Shown here: piece after piece, positions 41,615 to 50,612 of the stretch
Layout: every line of letters starts with the position of its first letter
Numbering within the stretch: position 1 is the stretch's first letter
Assembly (NCBI GenBank): GCA_020047815.1
Contig: JAIFNG010000015.1
Location: forward strand, 2,048-66,047
Source of the DNA: Anaerolinea sp.
Lineage (GTDB): Bacteria; Chloroflexota; Anaerolineae; Anaerolineales; Villigracilaceae
DNA: 64,000 bases
Direction: 5' to 3'
Translations under genes and position numbers: made by a program
Notes under the pieces: generated by a model
The model's input: the letters and a program-made list of their open reading frames with translations, nothing else
Database searches by the model: none
What the model was told of the DNA's origin: nothing

Positions 41615-41686
41615 AAGGCGCAAAAGGAAATAACCTTACTGGCATTCGCAACTGAAGAAAATGCCGCTGGAGACATGCAACCCGTA
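41615..41686 (-). ncRNA. Probable Na+ riboswitch (DUF1646 motif)
   Basis: Minus strand GGGTTG...CCAGCGG[CATT/AATG stem]CCAGTAAGG...TTTTGCGCC, matching my recollection of the consensus; upstream of a transporter whose SD lies in a hairpin. Confidence 0.55.
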
Positions 41687-41851
41687 CACAGCGATCTTTT
41701 TTGTGACCTTTATGAAATGAGGATAAAAAGCCGGAAAGAAAATTGTTCAATGGAATTGACATCCATTAAAGTATACACCTTTGGATTTGTACAAACCATG
41801 AGAATTTCGCCGATATGAACCCATATCCATGCATGCTTGGAACCCTGCACC

Positions 41852-42739
41852 TTACCTTTTCAACGCAATGTTCAATTGATGAATATGCTCAGGCGTTGTA
41901 CCGCAGCATCCGCCCACAATTTTTACAGGCCAGCGAGTAGCATGTTCACAATAGGCGGTTGGGTTTTCAGAGTCTGTGTTAATCCAGCCTGTCACTTCAT
42001 CAGCGTGGCCAATATTCCCATACGCAATTAAAGGGAAGTCATGGCCACATGCGACCTGTAATTCCGCAAGCGGTTTGGCGAGAGCAGGAGTTGGCCCACA
42101 ATTTACTCCGATGGCGGAGACGCCCAGCGGCAGCAATTGTCCTGCCGCCTCGGTAAGCGTTTCGCCGGACAGAATCTTTCCATCACGATCGCACACAAAA
42201 CTGACAATGACAGGCACGCCTGTAAAGCCTGCCAATTTCGCCATGATCACTGCCTCCCTGATCGAGTTAATGGTTTCAATTAAAATCAAGTCCACACCGC
42301 ATTCGATGAGATCAAGGATTCGATCAGAATGCTCATCAAGAAGTACCTCATCTTGTGGGACAAGGTCGGGGCGATAACAATCCTCAAGGGTGGAAATAGA
42401 GCCTGCAAGAAATTTTTGCGAGTCAGATTTGACATTGCCGATCGCAGCGCGGGCAATCTCCACAGCCCGGCGCGTAAGTTTGAGAGCCAGATGTGCATTT
42501 CCACTAGGCGCCAATGCGCGACGATGTGTGCGAAACGTATTAGTGGTGATGATATCCGCGCCTGCGCGAAGATAATCTTCATGGATATTTTGCAGGATTC
42601 CCGCACCATGGTCATTTAACAAGGCGTTGGCAGACCACAGAGGCAAGCCAGTATCCACGCCGCGGCGGTTGAGTTCAGTACCTGTTGCGCCATCAAGGAT
42701 AAGTTGACGGGGCTGGGAGAGAGAGGTTAAGAAAGTCAT
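41852..42739 (-). CDS. Homocysteine S-methyltransferase family (stand-alone Hcy-binding domain)
   Basis: LDGATGTEL, YLRAGADIITTNTF, and Zn ligands GVNC and GGCCG. Confidence 0.93.
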   Translation of the reverse strand: MTFLTSLSQPRQLILDGATGTELNRRGVDTGLPLWSANALLNDHGAGILQNIHEDYLRAGADIITTNTFRTHRRALAPSGNAHLALKLTRRAVEIARAAIGNVKSDSQKFLAGSISTLEDCYRPDLVPQDEVLLDEHSDRILDLIECGVDLILIETINSIREAVIMAKLAGFTGVPVIVSFVCDRDGKILSGETLTEAAGQLLPLGVSAIGVNCGPTPALAKPLAELQVACGHDFPLIAYGNIGHADEVTGWINTDSENPTAYCEHATRWPVKIVGGCCGTTPEHIHQLNIALKR

Positions 42740-42842
42740 TGGGATCCTGTTTTTTCTTTTTTCTGACAGTTGGCGATTTTATATAATTTTGCGATACGAA
42801 TAGGGTTTGAAGGTCGATCAGCCACCGCTAAAGAAGACCGTT

Positions 42843-44123
42843 CTAAACCAACAATACTTCCACCACTTCACCCGCGCTCAACCCGGTGGCGTCAGCGTGT
42901 ATCCGCAACAAACCATCGGCGGAAGCAAGAGTAAAGATCAAATTTGATTTTCCAAATATTGGTTCTGCCTGCCATTCGTCCTCCGCCCGTACTGCGTTGT
43001 GAGCCTGGCGTTTTAATTTTACAGGCCACCAATCCTCACGCCCTGCCTGTGAGGGAAGGTTAACAGTTAGCCGTGCCTGAATGGTCGCTTTGGGTTTCGA
43101 CAGACCACCCAGCATTTTTTCGATAACCGGCACGACAAATAAATATCCATTCACCAACGCGCTGACAGGGTTCCCGGGCAGTCCAATAACTGCCTTGCCA
43201 TTGCACACTCCCAGAATGGTCGGTTTGCCGGGGCGGGTGTTGATGCCATGAACTAATACACCAGGTTGGCCCAATGTTCGAATAACATCAGCAGTCATAT
43301 CTCTGGTGGATGCGGATGAACCTGCGGTGATGATAAGCATGTCACACTCTGATAATGCCCGCTCAGCTGCGTCCTTCAACACCTGAAACTCATCGCTAAA
43401 AATCCCGTAGCGAATTGCCGTTCCACCGCTTTTTTCAACAAGCGCACCGAGTGTGTATGAATTAATATCACGCACCTGCCCAGGGCGGGGAGTTTGGCTT
43501 GGCTCAATGACTTCGTCACCTGTGGAGATCAAACCCACAAGCGGCTTTCTTGTGACATGGATGGATGTAAACCCCAGCGCCATCAATCCGCCAATATCAG
43601 CGGGACGGAGCTGCACACCCCTGCCAATAACCAATTGCCCCTTTGCCACATCCTCACCAACACGTATAACATTTTCTCCGTCGGCAACAGATCTAAATAC
43701 TTCAATTTCGCAAGTTAGCCCTCCAGGGTCTTTGGAGACATCGGAGGTTTTTTGTGTATACTCCACCATCACAGCCGCATCAGCACCATTGGGCAACATA
43801 CCGCCCGTGTGGATCAATGCACATTGACCTGCGCCCACATCAAAGGACGGCGTGTCGCCCATGGGCACTTCGCCAATCAAAGTCAGGTAGGCCGGAAGTG
43901 AGTCACTCGCGCCAAAAGTATCTTTAGCGCGCACTGCATAGCCATCCACAGTGGTACGGGGAAAGTCAGGCAGCGGGTGCGGGGCTAAAATATCAGCGGC
44001 AGTAAATCGGCTTAAGGCTTGGACAACATCAATGGATTCGGAATCCATGATCGACTGCGGAAGATTCAGGAACAACTCTTCGCGGGCTTGGTCTGGGGGA
44101 AGAAGGGTCAAAAATTCAGGCAT
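42843..44123 (-). CDS. moeA: Molybdopterin molybdenumtransferase
   Basis: VDGYAV, IHTGG, STGDE, RPGKP, LPGNP. Confidence 0.95.
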   Translation of the reverse strand: MPEFLTLLPPDQAREELFLNLPQSIMDSESIDVVQALSRFTAADILAPHPLPDFPRTTVDGYAVRAKDTFGASDSLPAYLTLIGEVPMGDTPSFDVGAGQCALIHTGGMLPNGADAAVMVEYTQKTSDVSKDPGGLTCEIEVFRSVADGENVIRVGEDVAKGQLVIGRGVQLRPADIGGLMALGFTSIHVTRKPLVGLISTGDEVIEPSQTPRPGQVRDINSYTLGALVEKSGGTAIRYGIFSDEFQVLKDAAERALSECDMLIITAGSSASTRDMTADVIRTLGQPGVLVHGINTRPGKPTILGVCNGKAVIGLPGNPVSALVNGYLFVVPVIEKMLGGLSKPKATIQARLTVNLPSQAGREDWWPVKLKRQAHNAVRAEDEWQAEPIFGKSNLIFTLASADGLLRIHADATGLSAGEVVEVLLV

Positions 44124-44162
44124 AGTGTTGGGATAATAATTCGAGGTTTGACGGACTAAAGT

Positions 44163-45032
44163 CTAACGGAGCCAAAAGGTGAGAGTAATGAAATACGTTG
44201 TCAAGCCAAATACAGCGAGGGCGGTGGATGTAAGCAACACCCAGTTGGGTTTTGCGCCAAGCGAAAGATTACGAACCAAAATGATTTGAAGAAGTGCGAA
44301 AGGCAGGGTGAGAAACGCTGTCCCAAGGATGGAGAAACCGAACAAAGGCGCAACGGCAAAAACGACATAGGCGAAAACGATCAGACCGTGATGCAAGGGC
44401 ACTGCTCTCTCCCAGGTAAGACGGCGCAAGAGTGTGCCACGCTCATATTTTTGGTCGATAAGATAAGAGGTAAAGTTGACAACAATAAAATATGCAAGAG
44501 CGAGTGCGGTAAGCGGGATAATAATAACAGCCAGCAGGCGATGGTTGTCTTGCGCCTGCAATAGAAATCCAATGGAGGGAACGACATAGGCGATGTGCGC
44601 AGCCAGCGTCAACTCGCCGAATCCGCGATTAACCAGGCGGATGGGGGGAATGGAATATGATATTACAAGGACAAAGGAAGTAACAATAAAAATGATAGAG
44701 GAAGCAACAAGAGCTTGATCGATGTAAAGAAGATAGACAAAGAATGCACTGGATGAAAGCGCAGCAATCGATAAGTAAAGTGCATTAGTGCGCAGCGCCT
44801 CTTTTTGTTGGGGAGTCTCATTTTCAACTAACGGTTCGTTGTGCGGGCGAAAAACCTCGGCAAGCAATGCCATGCTCAACTCTGCAAGCAGCACACCCGC
44901 AAGTCCCAGTGCATAAACGACGGGTTGAAATGACCTTCCCAGATAGGCAGGGATACTCGCGCCGAGAGTATATGTCAACGCGGCGAGGAGGAGAAGGAGG
45001 GGGCGGGTGAGTTTAAAGAGGGCAGACATCAT
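44163..45032 (-). CDS. UbiA/MenA-like membrane protein (Asp-rich motifs degenerate)
   Basis: LTRP N-terminus, YSIPPIRLVNRGFGE, 8-9 TMs. Confidence 0.65.
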   Translation of the reverse strand: MMSALFKLTRPLLLLLAALTYTLGASIPAYLGRSFQPVVYALGLAGVLLAELSMALLAEVFRPHNEPLVENETPQQKEALRTNALYLSIAALSSSAFFVYLLYIDQALVASSIIFIVTSFVLVISYSIPPIRLVNRGFGELTLAAHIAYVVPSIGFLLQAQDNHRLLAVIIIPLTALALAYFIVVNFTSYLIDQKYERGTLLRRLTWERAVPLHHGLIVFAYVVFAVAPLFGFSILGTAFLTLPFALLQIILVRNLSLGAKPNWVLLTSTALAVFGLTTYFITLTFWLR

Positions 45033-45081
45033 GAAAGGAGTTAAAAACGATGGAACGATTAAAGGAGGAGATCAACTATGC

Positions 45082-46188
45082 TCATCTTCCAAGATAGTCA
45101 CTCAATCGCTCCACAGCCAGGGGGAGGTTCTTCCTTCCCAGCCCCAATCTGAAATGATTTCCTGAGTCATCATACATGGTACCGGGTAGAAGTAAAACAC
45201 CAGCCTTCCTGACAAGGTCATCACAAAATTCCTCAATATTCCCTTTCAGCAATACCGGAAATCCCATCGAACCTGCTCGCGGACGGATCCATGAAAACAA
45301 GGAGGGGTGGGAATCAAAAAGATCATCCACAATGACAAGGTTGTTTTTGATAATACTGAGATTACGATTGATCAACTCTTGACGGTTTCGCAGGGCAATT
45401 TCAGCGAGAAATTCACTGGGGGCAGAGTTGCAAATGGTGGTGTAGTCCTTAAGGGAGGCCATGCTCTCGAATATTTTTTTGTTCTTCGTGGCGACCCAAC
45501 CAATGCGCAAGCCTGCTAACCCGTAGGTTTTGGAGGTAACGCCCAATGAAACAGCATGTTCTCCATAGTCACACCCCGCAGACAGGCGGTCAGCGGGGTT
45601 GTATTCTGACTCTCGATAGACTTCATCAGAAAACAGGATCAGATCCTTCTCCCGGACTAATTTATTCAACTCATCAAAATCCGCACGGGGCATGAGATAA
45701 CCCGTCGGATTATGCGGCGTGTTGATGATGACCGCCTTTGTAGTTGCCCTTATAAGATGACGGAGTTCATCCAGATCAGGCGCCCAACCGTTCTCTTCGC
45801 GAGCCAACCAGGGACTGACCTGACAGCCAATCCCTTTCGCCACCTCGCTCAATGATTGATAATGCGGCGCGTGGACAATCACATGGTCATTTTCCCGGAG
45901 CACGGCATGCATAAAAAGGTAAATTGCCTCTTCTGCCCCCGTGTGCACAAGGATGTCTTCCGGATGGATGGAGGTGTAAAGACTGGCGATCTCTTTTCGC
46001 AAAGAGGGACTACCCAAGGATTCGGTATATCCCAGCCAGGTTGATTGAAATTTTTCCGCCGCGCCTGGTTCAAGGGCAAGCAGATCCGCAATGGACATGG
46101 CTTCACAGTCCGAAGAACACAGCAGGAATTCTGTATTGAATTCATATCTTGCAAAGTAGCGTTCGAGTTTGAAGGGAGGGAGGGTCAT
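45082..46188 (-). CDS. PLP-dependent aminotransferase class I/II
   Basis: NTPHNPTG, DEVY, SKTYGLAGLRIGW. Confidence 0.93.
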   Translation of the reverse strand: MTLPPFKLERYFARYEFNTEFLLCSSDCEAMSIADLLALEPGAAEKFQSTWLGYTESLGSPSLRKEIASLYTSIHPEDILVHTGAEEAIYLFMHAVLRENDHVIVHAPHYQSLSEVAKGIGCQVSPWLAREENGWAPDLDELRHLIRATTKAVIINTPHNPTGYLMPRADFDELNKLVREKDLILFSDEVYRESEYNPADRLSAGCDYGEHAVSLGVTSKTYGLAGLRIGWVATKNKKIFESMASLKDYTTICNSAPSEFLAEIALRNRQELINRNLSIIKNNLVIVDDLFDSHPSLFSWIRPRAGSMGFPVLLKGNIEEFCDDLVRKAGVLLLPGTMYDDSGNHFRLGLGRKNLPLAVERLSDYLGR

Positions 46189-46241
46189 GGGAGGAAAGAA
46201 AGATTTATATGAAGGATGAGAATATTTTGCGTATCAAAAAA

Positions 46242-46712
46242 CTACTTTAACACTCTTTTGAAATCACGGTAATGGATTTGATTGTGCAGATACAGCATCT
46301 TGATCATTTCACGGAGAGCGGTTTCGCCAAGGAAGGGATGCCGGCCTTTGATCTCAAGTTCTTCATCCTTGAAACCTAGAACCCAGTCAACCGTCCTGCC
46401 GCGCCCTTCCTTATATTGTTCCAGCAATTCAGAGGGGACCAGGTCTTTCGTTTTCTTCTGCTGTTCATTATTATAACGATCAATCGAAAAATCATCCGCC
46501 ACGCCTCTGCCGCCCAAACGGATAGTCTCAAATAATTTCACAAGTCCGCGTTCGGAGGTAACAAAGTGCGAAAGCACATCGCGCATCCTCCACCTTTCCC
46601 CCTCGGTATAGACTTCAGTCTGCCACTGATCATCGGTCAACCCGGAGAAGATACGGATAAATTTTTCACCTTCAGTTTTCAGCTTTTCAGCAAGGTCAAC
46701 GGCATCTGACAT
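46242..46712 (-). CDS. DinB/YfiT family protein
   Basis: WRMRDVLSH...HPFLG...HNQIH. Confidence 0.8.
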   Translation of the reverse strand: MSDAVDLAEKLKTEGEKFIRIFSGLTDDQWQTEVYTEGERWRMRDVLSHFVTSERGLVKLFETIRLGGRGVADDFSIDRYNNEQQKKTKDLVPSELLEQYKEGRGRTVDWVLGFKDEELEIKGRHPFLGETALREMIKMLYLHNQIHYRDFKRVLK

Positions 46713-46773
46713 GGCAAAACTCCTTGAATAAGTTATCTAACCATCTGCAACTGCAAGTTCATCTGTCAACTAT

Positions 46774-48405
46774 TTAAGGCTCTGTAAACCTGGCATAATT
46801 AATAGATTTCTTTCCCGTAATATTCCAGTAATATTTATTCATCGTGGAAATTTGTTGGATCAAACGCTTACTGTCTTTAAAATCTGTCCGCACGTAATAG
46901 TAATGGGTGTCATATGGACTGTCGCCAAAGACTGCCGCCAGCACATAACCCTTTGCCTCGGCATATTCCTTCATTGTAATCGTCATGGCAAACCAGCGTT
47001 GTGCAAGGTTGGCTTCAGTCAATTTTGGCGGAACAAGCGGAGAATAGTAATCATGAAACATGATTATCTCCGGCTTGTATTGATCGAGGTACTCTGTGGT
47101 CAGGAAACCCTTGTGCGCGATATACGGGTCGTTCAAGCCCCAGGTATCGATCGCATCCCAACCTGAGTAATATGGGATCAAACCAGCCTCTGTCGTCGCT
47201 ATCACATAACCTTTTCCACGATACTCCGCCAATAGTTTTCCCATGTCATAGCGCCCATCCCTTTCATACGGGCGAGCACAGGATTGCTGATAGGAAGTGA
47301 GAAAACAATTCTGATACCAGGAATAATAAATTAGACCGGCAGATACCGCGGTTAAAGCAACAACGTACACGCCTCGCTCCCACACCGGGGTTTGAACATA
47401 TTTGAAGATATTTAATCCACGCACAAGAGGAGCCCATGACATGAGCGCAATTGGCACAAGCGCATATTGAAAGCGTGCGCCATAGTTCATTTCGTCCGAG
47501 ATCAGAACAAAGGCAACAGCAAATCCAAGGATGGGAATGAGATAGGCAGCCGTCTGTTTTGCGGTTTCACGCGAACGAAAGCCAAGAATAAACGCAATGA
47601 CGATGGGCAGGCACAGGCGCAATAAGTTAAGCAGGGAATTATGATACGAATCCCAATGTAAACCACTGCCACCCTTTTTGTAAAAAGGATTGGGTAACGG
47701 ATAACCAAAATAATTCCAACGCCATAAAAAATAAATACCGCCGAGCAAAAGGAAAGTTGCGCCAAAGGCAACAATGATCGCAATGGAATTCTTGAATCCA
47801 CGCATCAAGATGATCGCAAGCAGCATTAACACTGAAAGGATGACTCCCTCGGGGCGAATCAATCCGGTGACCAGTCCACCCAGGGTAAAGGCGAGAATCA
47901 ATCCCAGGCTTGGATCCTGTGTCCGCATCAAAATCAACCCGAATGCCCAGGTGGTTGCTGCTGCGAGAGCAAAGAAAGGTGTCCCAAAGTATGCAGAAAC
48001 ATAGGAAAGCCCGGTCCCAACAGCAAGATAAAGTGCACTCAAAAATGATATGGGAATATTCGCGTTATTAATGCGGCGATTTATCCAGTAGACGATCAAC
48101 ACGGTCAGCAGGTGGGAGGCATAGCCAATTCCACGTACTGCCTGCCCCACTGTGAGGCCAAGTTTGATCAAGGCGGCAGAGGCTGCCATAAAAAGGAAGT
48201 CGGTCGCACCATCCACAGGGTGTTCGCCAATATTCCAGACAATACCATGTCCATCCGCAAGGTGCTGGGCGTAGCGCATGAGCATGGCAGCATCTTCAAA
48301 CGGCGGGATGGAAAAATCAACCCAGCGCGCGGCATAATAAATCGTGGACGCGATGAGGAGGAGGGAGATGAGGAGATCAGGGGCGGGAATTTTTTTAGAG
48401 ATCAT
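46774..48405 (-). CDS. GT-C-like polytopic membrane glycosyltransferase
   Basis: EDAAMLMRYAQHLADGHGIVWN..E.PVDG, IRPEG, YFGYPLPN; many TMs. Confidence 0.6.
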   Translation of the reverse strand: MISKKIPAPDLLISLLLIASTIYYAARWVDFSIPPFEDAAMLMRYAQHLADGHGIVWNIGEHPVDGATDFLFMAASAALIKLGLTVGQAVRGIGYASHLLTVLIVYWINRRINNANIPISFLSALYLAVGTGLSYVSAYFGTPFFALAAATTWAFGLILMRTQDPSLGLILAFTLGGLVTGLIRPEGVILSVLMLLAIILMRGFKNSIAIIVAFGATFLLLGGIYFLWRWNYFGYPLPNPFYKKGGSGLHWDSYHNSLLNLLRLCLPIVIAFILGFRSRETAKQTAAYLIPILGFAVAFVLISDEMNYGARFQYALVPIALMSWAPLVRGLNIFKYVQTPVWERGVYVVALTAVSAGLIYYSWYQNCFLTSYQQSCARPYERDGRYDMGKLLAEYRGKGYVIATTEAGLIPYYSGWDAIDTWGLNDPYIAHKGFLTTEYLDQYKPEIIMFHDYYSPLVPPKLTEANLAQRWFAMTITMKEYAEAKGYVLAAVFGDSPYDTHYYYVRTDFKDSKRLIQQISTMNKYYWNITGKKSINYARFTEP

Positions 48406-48464
48406 TAGCTGTTAGCGATCTTATTTTGGTTAATAAGTAATGGTCCTTGGGCTGTCCTTAAAAG

Positions 48465-49196
48465 TCAAATTAGCGAATATCCACCATCTACAACTATGGT
48501 CTGTCCGGTAATATACTTGTTATTGATGAGGAATTGGAGTGTATACGTAATTTCATTAAGGGTAGCGGCGCGTTTTAGTGGAAGTTTATCAACAAGTTGA
48601 TTCCATTGATCCTGCGTAACCATGCCTGACGGCAGTACGAGACCTGGGGCAATTGCATTAACCCGGATATTGGGGGCGAGTGCGCGGGCTAGTAATTTAG
48701 TGAGGGATTCCAAACCCGCCTTACTGATTGTGTATGAGGGATACCGACTCCACACTTTTTGTGCGCCAATATCACTAATATTGACGATCATCCCGCCCTC
48801 AGCCATGCGCTTGGCGGCATGCTGAGACAGGAGGAATGGCGCGCGCAAATTGAGATCAAGGACAGAGTTCCAATTTTCCAATTCAAGGTCCTGCAGATTA
48901 CCTGCGGGCATGAGGGAAGCGGAGTTTACTAAAAGCTTGAAGGACAAATTCTTCGTCTGGAGGATTACATCCAGATCGGATAATAGTTTTTGAATATGGT
49001 CTGGCTGGGTCAGGTCGCCATGTAATAAATAAACTTGCACACCCGTTGACACAATATCAGCTTTTGTTTGCTGCGCCTGCTCAGAGGAAGAATGATAATG
49101 CAGCGCGATGTTATATCCCATGTGGGCAAGGGTCAGGGCAAAAGCCTTGCCGAGCCTGTGCGCGCCACCAGTGACGAGAGCGAGAGAATGTATCAT
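48465..49196 (-). CDS. SDR family oxidoreductase (pteridine reductase-like)
   Basis: TGGAHRLG, YTISK, VNAIAPG, VDGG. Confidence 0.88.
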   Translation of the reverse strand: MIHSLALVTGGAHRLGKAFALTLAHMGYNIALHYHSSSEQAQQTKADIVSTGVQVYLLHGDLTQPDHIQKLLSDLDVILQTKNLSFKLLVNSASLMPAGNLQDLELENWNSVLDLNLRAPFLLSQHAAKRMAEGGMIVNISDIGAQKVWSRYPSYTISKAGLESLTKLLARALAPNIRVNAIAPGLVLPSGMVTQDQWNQLVDKLPLKRAATLNEITYTLQFLINNKYITGQTIVVDGGYSLI

Positions 49197-49340
49197 GGAG
49201 AGGATTGTAAACGAAAAAACTGATTCAAAGGCATTGTGAATAATTCAAAAATCCTGTCGGAAAAGGAACCTCAGAGTTGTGATCACTGATCGAATAATAT
49301 CAATCTTCAGAGTGCTCCACAATGGGCATGGAACCATATT

Positions 49341-49387
49341 AATATAAAAACAGTGGACATCGATCGGATGTCCACTGTTTTTATATT
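49341..49387. terminator. Intrinsic terminator after proline dehydrogenase
   Basis: Perfect 21-bp inverted repeat AATATAAAAACAGTGGACATC / GATGTCCACTGTTTTTATATT. Confidence 0.85.
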
Positions 49388-49433
49388 TGCTGTTATGTTT
49401 TTTGAGAGTGAAGTTTACACGCCCCGGGAACTG

Positions 49434-50393
49434 CTAACCCTTGAAGAAATTGGTGATGAAAAACCAGATATTTGCGGGGCGCTCTGCCAGACGGCGCATG
49501 AAATAAGGATACCAATGAGTCCCGAATGGAACATACACACGTACAGGATAACCTTCCTTGAGAAGTTTCTCCTGCAAATCACGTCTAATTCCGTAAAGCA
49601 TCTGAAACTCCAACCCGTCCTTGGCGAGGCCTACTTTTCCAGCATATTGTTTTGCAAAGGCAATGCGTTTTTCGTCATGCGAGCCAATGGCTGGAATGGC
49701 GGGGAAACGTCCATCCTCTGAGAGTCGGGTTTGATGGGCAAGTGAGGCATCAATTAAAATCTTCGTTAATAGGTCGTAGTTTGCATCCACGTCCGCTTTG
49801 CTGGGAAAGGCTTTGTCAGGCGGTTCCTTGTAAGCACCTTTCACCAGGCGGATGGTCGTCTTTTCCTGAACCAGTCGACGGGTATCTGCTTCAGCGCGGA
49901 AAAGATAGGATTGCACGGCCATGCCAACATTGGTATAGCCCTTTTCGCGCATCAGATAATACATGTTTATGGTTTTGTCAGTGTATGGAGTATCTTCAAT
50001 ATCCACGCGCACAAAGGTATTATTTTGCTTTGCACGGGCGAGGATCCTCTCAAGATTTTGGGCACACAGATTCTCGTCGAGTCCGAGACCGATCTGTGTC
50101 AACTTAATGGAGACATTGCCGCGGGCAGTGGCATCCGCTCCGAGGGCATCAAGGGTCGAAAAAATGTCATCGGTTGCCTGTTGCGATTCTTCGGGAGTAC
50201 TAGTATGCTCGCCGAGATGATCAAGCGTGACGAGCATACCCTTTGCGTTCAATTCCCTGACGACACGCATGGCATCAGTAAGCTTTGTGCCGGCTATAAA
50301 ACGGGACGCTGTACGCCAGGCAAAACTCCAATTTGTAACAAGATTTTGCGCCCAGGCAGCTTTGGATAAGTAGATGAGGAAAGAACGAAGCAT
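49434..50393 (-). CDS. Monofunctional proline dehydrogenase
   Basis: LGE, SIKLTQ, VDIED, RLVKGAY, FQMLYG, YFMRRLAERPAN. Confidence 0.94.
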   Translation of the reverse strand: MLRSFLIYLSKAAWAQNLVTNWSFAWRTASRFIAGTKLTDAMRVVRELNAKGMLVTLDHLGEHTSTPEESQQATDDIFSTLDALGADATARGNVSIKLTQIGLGLDENLCAQNLERILARAKQNNTFVRVDIEDTPYTDKTINMYYLMREKGYTNVGMAVQSYLFRAEADTRRLVQEKTTIRLVKGAYKEPPDKAFPSKADVDANYDLLTKILIDASLAHQTRLSEDGRFPAIPAIGSHDEKRIAFAKQYAGKVGLAKDGLEFQMLYGIRRDLQEKLLKEGYPVRVYVPFGTHWYPYFMRRLAERPANIWFFITNFFKG

Positions 50394-50612
50394 TTTTTAT
50401 CCTTGTTCAAAAAAAAATATCAGCTCGAAGCCTTCCTGTTTCCAGTTCAAACACCCCACCCTCTCCACACAACAGGGGCTTGATCCGTTGGAACCAGTAA
50501 GTGCCCTCCTCGCACTGATGAATTGAGATTTAATATACATTCTAGCACAACCCTGATTTGGGCGTGTTATACTTTTTGATAGAGATTTGTCATTACTTTT
50601 GGAGACTGCTGC

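Noticed and set aside
50405-50525. SAM-I or lysine riboswitch before proline dehydrogenase
   Set aside because: Only superficial words match (TCATC, GAGGG); the GCAACC/GTGC core and lysine-riboswitch motifs are absent. Kept as an unknown leader.
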